A DNA stretch of 62,859 bases, counting the filler. It is 12 parts of 12 records of this genome, joined end to end, with 100 filler letters (N's around TTAATTAATTAA, not from the genome) between each part and the next. Parts side by side here need not be neighbours in the genome. Positions count along the whole stretch, not along the records: positions 57,837 to 62,859 come from SRR7504441_2139; 11 more parts are not named here. One strand, given 5' to 3'. Each line of letters opens with the position of its first letter. Within the stretch, counting starts at the first letter, position 1. Shown here one piece after another: positions 59,788 to 62,859 of this stretch. The notes below the pieces were generated by a model that saw only the letters and a list, made by a program, of their open reading frames with translations, was not told the origin of the DNA and ran no database searches. The position numbers and the translations under genes were made by a program.

Positions 59788-60372
59788 TTACTTTCGCTTG
59801 GGGTCCAAGGGTGCCCCCATAACATTGCAGCGCAACATGGAGAACGGTGTACCATTGAAAAACCCTCCGGTTTTGTTGAATAAGGTCAATCGAGCCTGGT
59901 GCAATTGATCTTTCTGTGCCTTTGGTGCGCCATAAGTCATTTCTGTCACGCTCATTGTGGCCATCAGCTCTTTAATCGTTGGCTCCACGGACGCTTCGTT
60001 GATAAACTCCAGGAAGGCCGTAGCGTCCTTCCAGATTTCCGTGGACACAGTCTGCTGGCTGACCTGGTCGTGGCAGTATGCAACCAAGAGGCTGCCAGGG
60101 GCCGAGCTCACCGTACCAACCATCTTGTTGCAAATTGTGCTGACCTCGGCGAACCCCACGTCGTCCTTCCAGCCATACGAGGCGGTCAGGATGAGCGGAG
60201 GCGTGCTCGCACTGCAGAGTGGGCTTCGGCTTCGAATTGATCGATGCCTACCCCCGGCTGAGCGCCCCCCGCGGCCGCCCCCCCCCCCCGCACCTTGATC
60301 ATGAGCTGGATCCTCTTCTGGATCCTCTTCGATCGACGTCTGCGTCGCTGCCGGACCTGCGCGGCGTAGCAT
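59788..60372 (-). CDS. Hypothetical protein, possible dimeric alpha/beta-barrel (ABM-like) domain
   Basis: 3' part of ORF 59788-60819 (APGSLLVAYCHD..TVSTEIWKDATAFLEF). The 5' part of that ORF is antisense shadow of the TLDc gene. Confidence 0.45.
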   Translation of the reverse strand: MLRRAGPAATQTSIEEDPEEDPAHDQGAGGGGGRGGRSAGGRHRSIRSRSPLCSASTPPLILTASYGWKDDVGFAEVSTICNKMVGTVSSAPGSLLVAYCHDQVSQQTVSTEIWKDATAFLEFINEASVEPTIKELMATMSVTEMTYGAPKAQKDQLHQARLTLFNKTGGFFNGTPFSMLRCNVMGAPLDPKRK

Positions 60373-60468
60373 GGCCGGACCCGAAGGTCGAGCCACGGGT
60401 CTACCGCTCCATAGTCTACAATCGTACTCGTCGAACTCGTAAGATCTAGATAACGGCAGCAGCACCGG

Positions 60469-61333
60469 ATGGGATCGAGCTGCGACAAGCAGCAGCAGGA
60501 CGAGCCGGCGCTGGTTAAGCCGCCGCCGCCGGAGCCGGAGGGTCCGAGCTTCGTCGGGGATCGGTCGGCGCTGCTGACCGAGCCGGACATCGCGGCGATA
60601 TGCCGGTATTTGGTGGATAGCGAGCAGGTGAGCTGGGAGATGGTCTACAGCAGCGACCGCGACGGTCACTCGATACACGCCTTCTCGCGGCGGGCCGAGG
60701 CGTGCCCAGCGCCCAGCCTGATTGTGTTCCAGGACACGGCCGGGGCTGTGTTCGGGTGCGGCCCGAGACCGCTCGGCGCTGATGGGGGTCAGGGCGTACG
60801 CGGCGGCACAGTGGACCAAGAAGAACGAGTTCTATGGGGACAAAAAGGGGGCTTTTCTGTTCCGGTGCAAGCCAGACCGAGCTATATACCGGCAGAGCGG
60901 GTATAACAGCAACTTTCAGTATCTGAGCACTGGACTCAAGACGCTCACCAACGGGCTCGGGTTGGGCGGCAGCTCAGAGCCAGAGTGGTTTCAGCTGTAC
61001 GTGGCCGAAGACTTCCGTACCGGCCGTTGCATGGAGGGCTCGGCCAGGTCTACCTTCGAGGCCCCGATCTTAGCGTCGGCGGCACAGTTTGAAGTGGCGT
61101 GTGTTGAGCTGATCCGAGTGCGGCCGCTGACTGAGGACGAGATCAGTGGGCCAACAGACAACAGGAGCGTGCTGCTCAAGCATGCAGACGCGGTGCGGTA
61201 CCAGGAGATGGCTGGCCGGCAGTTCCACACCAAGGAGATGGGCGTGACTGACCGGGAGCTCGGGGCTGAGGCCGAGGACGAGGCGGAGGTGCCGATAGAT
61301 GCTAAAGACGAAATGGCGTGGCGATCGACTTGA
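60469..61333 (+). CDS. TLDc-domain protein (MEAK7-like) with N-myristoylation motif
   Basis: MGSSCDK; WEMVYSSDRDGHS, SLIVFQDTAGAVFG-AYA (one intron), FYGD..AFLF, NSNFQYL, GLGLGG, STF, FEVACVE. Confidence 0.88.
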
Positions 61334-61559
61334 TCACAAATTGCGATCAGTCGTTAATACGGTTACTGATGCAATACAGCGCTTCTGGCTCAAACCAACA
61401 ACAAAGCACGGTGTATGTCTACACGCAACTGGCAATTGTCACGTAGTCTACAGGGTTTCGCATTGTTTCAGTATTGATCCAAAAAGATCAGTACTAATTA
61501 CTAATTAAAGCAGTTTATCGTGTTTATCGTGTTAGTTTTTGTTTGCTTGCGCTATCGTT

Positions 61560-62859
61560 TTACCATTGGCTGGGCCTCTCATCACGGATGAAAACTCCGG
61601 TCAGGCCGTCCTTCGGCACAAGCGCGAGCATCATAGCGTTCTTAGCACCGTCCGCGACGCTGCGCAGCCCGCCTGATGTTGCACACCAGCCTGGGCAGCA
61701 ACAATTCACCCGGAGCTCCGGCTCCTCCCTCGCAAGCATCATCGTATACGCAATCAGACCCAGCTTGCTCATCCCATAATTCGAATCCCCAAACCCCTCG
61801 GCCGTGTGCCGACCCGCCTGCACTGCCTGCTCGAACCGGTCCATCATGCCGTCCAGCTGCTCCCGAGTCAACGAGTCTGAGCTGAACGCCGCCTGGAGCT
61901 CCGGTGACACCTGCCGCAGCTTGCCGAGCGTCGAGGCCACGTTCACGACCCGCGCGGTCCCGCGAGACCCGGCAGCGGCCCGGAGCATCGGGAGCAGCCC
62001 GTCGGTGAGCCGGGTGGTGCCCCAGTAGTTCACCCGAAGAGTTGGTCCGGTCTGGCCGGCGAACGGGGTGGGGTCCCGAGCCTTGAACCCGATGGCACCG
62101 TTATTGACCAGCAGATCCAGCTGGCCATGCTCGGCCTGAAGCCCCGCGATGAACCCGTCGATGCTCTCGGGGTCGGCCAGGTCACACTGCCGGAACTCGG
62201 CCCCCAGCTCGGCCGCAGCTGCGGCCCCAAGCTCCGGATTGCGGCAGGCAGCGATCACGCGGACGCCCTGGCCGATGAGCTGGGCCGCGATCTCACGGCC
62301 AATCCCCTTGTTGCAGCCCGTGACCACCGCGAGCAGCCGGTCCGCCAACTGTGGAGCTTGGGTCCGGCTTCGGGAGGGCCTCGACGTCCGGTCTTCCGAA
62401 TCTGCATCGGCCAGGGCCTTACTTGGTAGTAGCTGCATCAGTTTCCTACTCACAATTGGCCAGCTCTTGACCGTTTCCTGGAAGCTAGCTGCGTAATTCT
62501 TGATCTGTTCGTCGGCTATCACCCAATAGGGACCAAAGAGGGACCTATCGAGCCAGGGGTACTTTTCTCCCAGCTGGTCATCGCCCAATAGAAACGAGAA
62601 AACCAGCCCGACTATGTAGTCAGCCACTGATGGCGCGGAGCCCCCAATGAACTTGTTTCCTTCAATAAAGTACTTGAACATTGGCTCCACCTTCTCCTTG
62701 AATTCCTTCGTCCGAGCCTTGGGGTCACCGGTACGAAGTCCTAGGAGCGGGTAAGTAATGAGCCTCGCCATTGGAAATATTTCATTCTGCATCCACTCCA
62801 TAACAATGCTGTCCTTGATACTCAGAGTGTCCCCGGCCATGGCAGCTAAGTGCCTCAGC
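61560..62859 (-). CDS. Glutathione S-transferase-like domain fused to a carbonyl-reductase-type SDR (5' end outside window)
   Basis: One open frame: LRHLAA..MEW..FIGGSAPSVADY (GST), linker, then AVVTGCNKGIG, LDLLVNNGAI, VNYWGT, RVVNVAS, YGMSK, CCPGWCAT. Confidence 0.8.
   Translation of the reverse strand, partial: LRHLAAMAGDTLSIKDSIVMEWMQNEIFPMARLITYPLLGLRTGDPKARTKEFKEKVEPMFKYFIEGNKFIGGSAPSVADYIVGLVFSFLLGDDQLGEKYPWLDRSLFGPYWVIADEQIKNYAASFQETVKSWPIVSRKLMQLLPSKALADADSEDRTSRPSRSRTQAPQLADRLLAVVTGCNKGIGREIAAQLIGQGVRVIAACRNPELGAAAAAELGAEFRQCDLADPESIDGFIAGLQAEHGQLDLLVNNGAIGFKARDPTPFAGQTGPTLRVNYWGTTRLTDGLLPMLRAAAGSRGTARVVNVASTLGKLRQVSPELQAAFSSDSLTREQLDGMMDRFEQAVQAGRHTAEGFGDSNYGMSKLGLIAYTMMLAREEPELRVNCCCPGWCATSGGLRSVADGAKNAMMLALVPKDGLTGVFIRDERPSQW

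Overview
This is eukaryotic (protist-like), GC-rich, very gene-dense DNA, not a prokaryotic region. Twelve contigs are joined by 11 identical artificial 100-nt linkers (N44-TTAATTAATTAA-N44), so adjacency across a linker means nothing. About 40 protein-coding genes or gene fragments are supportable. Many are split by tiny (mostly 36-51 nt) spliceosomal introns with degenerate GT donors and frequent GC donors, so the ORF track is misleading and the gene models here were spliced by hand. Recognisable genes include AP-4 sigma, ASCC2, class II PRPP synthetase, PDK/BCKDK, EDEM/GH47, calpain, METTL9, TLDc, NIPA, MFS, ABCG, GT4, GH43 and a 2OG-Fe(II) dioxygenase. The top finding is a gene at 39822-41575 with 10-11 introns that no single ORF reveals. 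It encodes a phage-type DNA base-hypermodification domain (aGPT-Pplase1 / 5-hmdU DNA kinase helical-domain family) between a Tudor-like reader and a PHD finger, making it a candidate chromatin-targeted DNA-modifying enzyme. Other findings are near-identical repeated hairpin introns (introner-like) at 42941 and 43828, pervasive head-to-head gene pairs with only 30-142 bp between start codons, a Myb/MSA-like YAACGG motif in most of those spacers, and several unusual domain fusions. All family assignments come from motif recognition by eye; no database search was run. No rRNA, tRNA or CRISPR array was seen.
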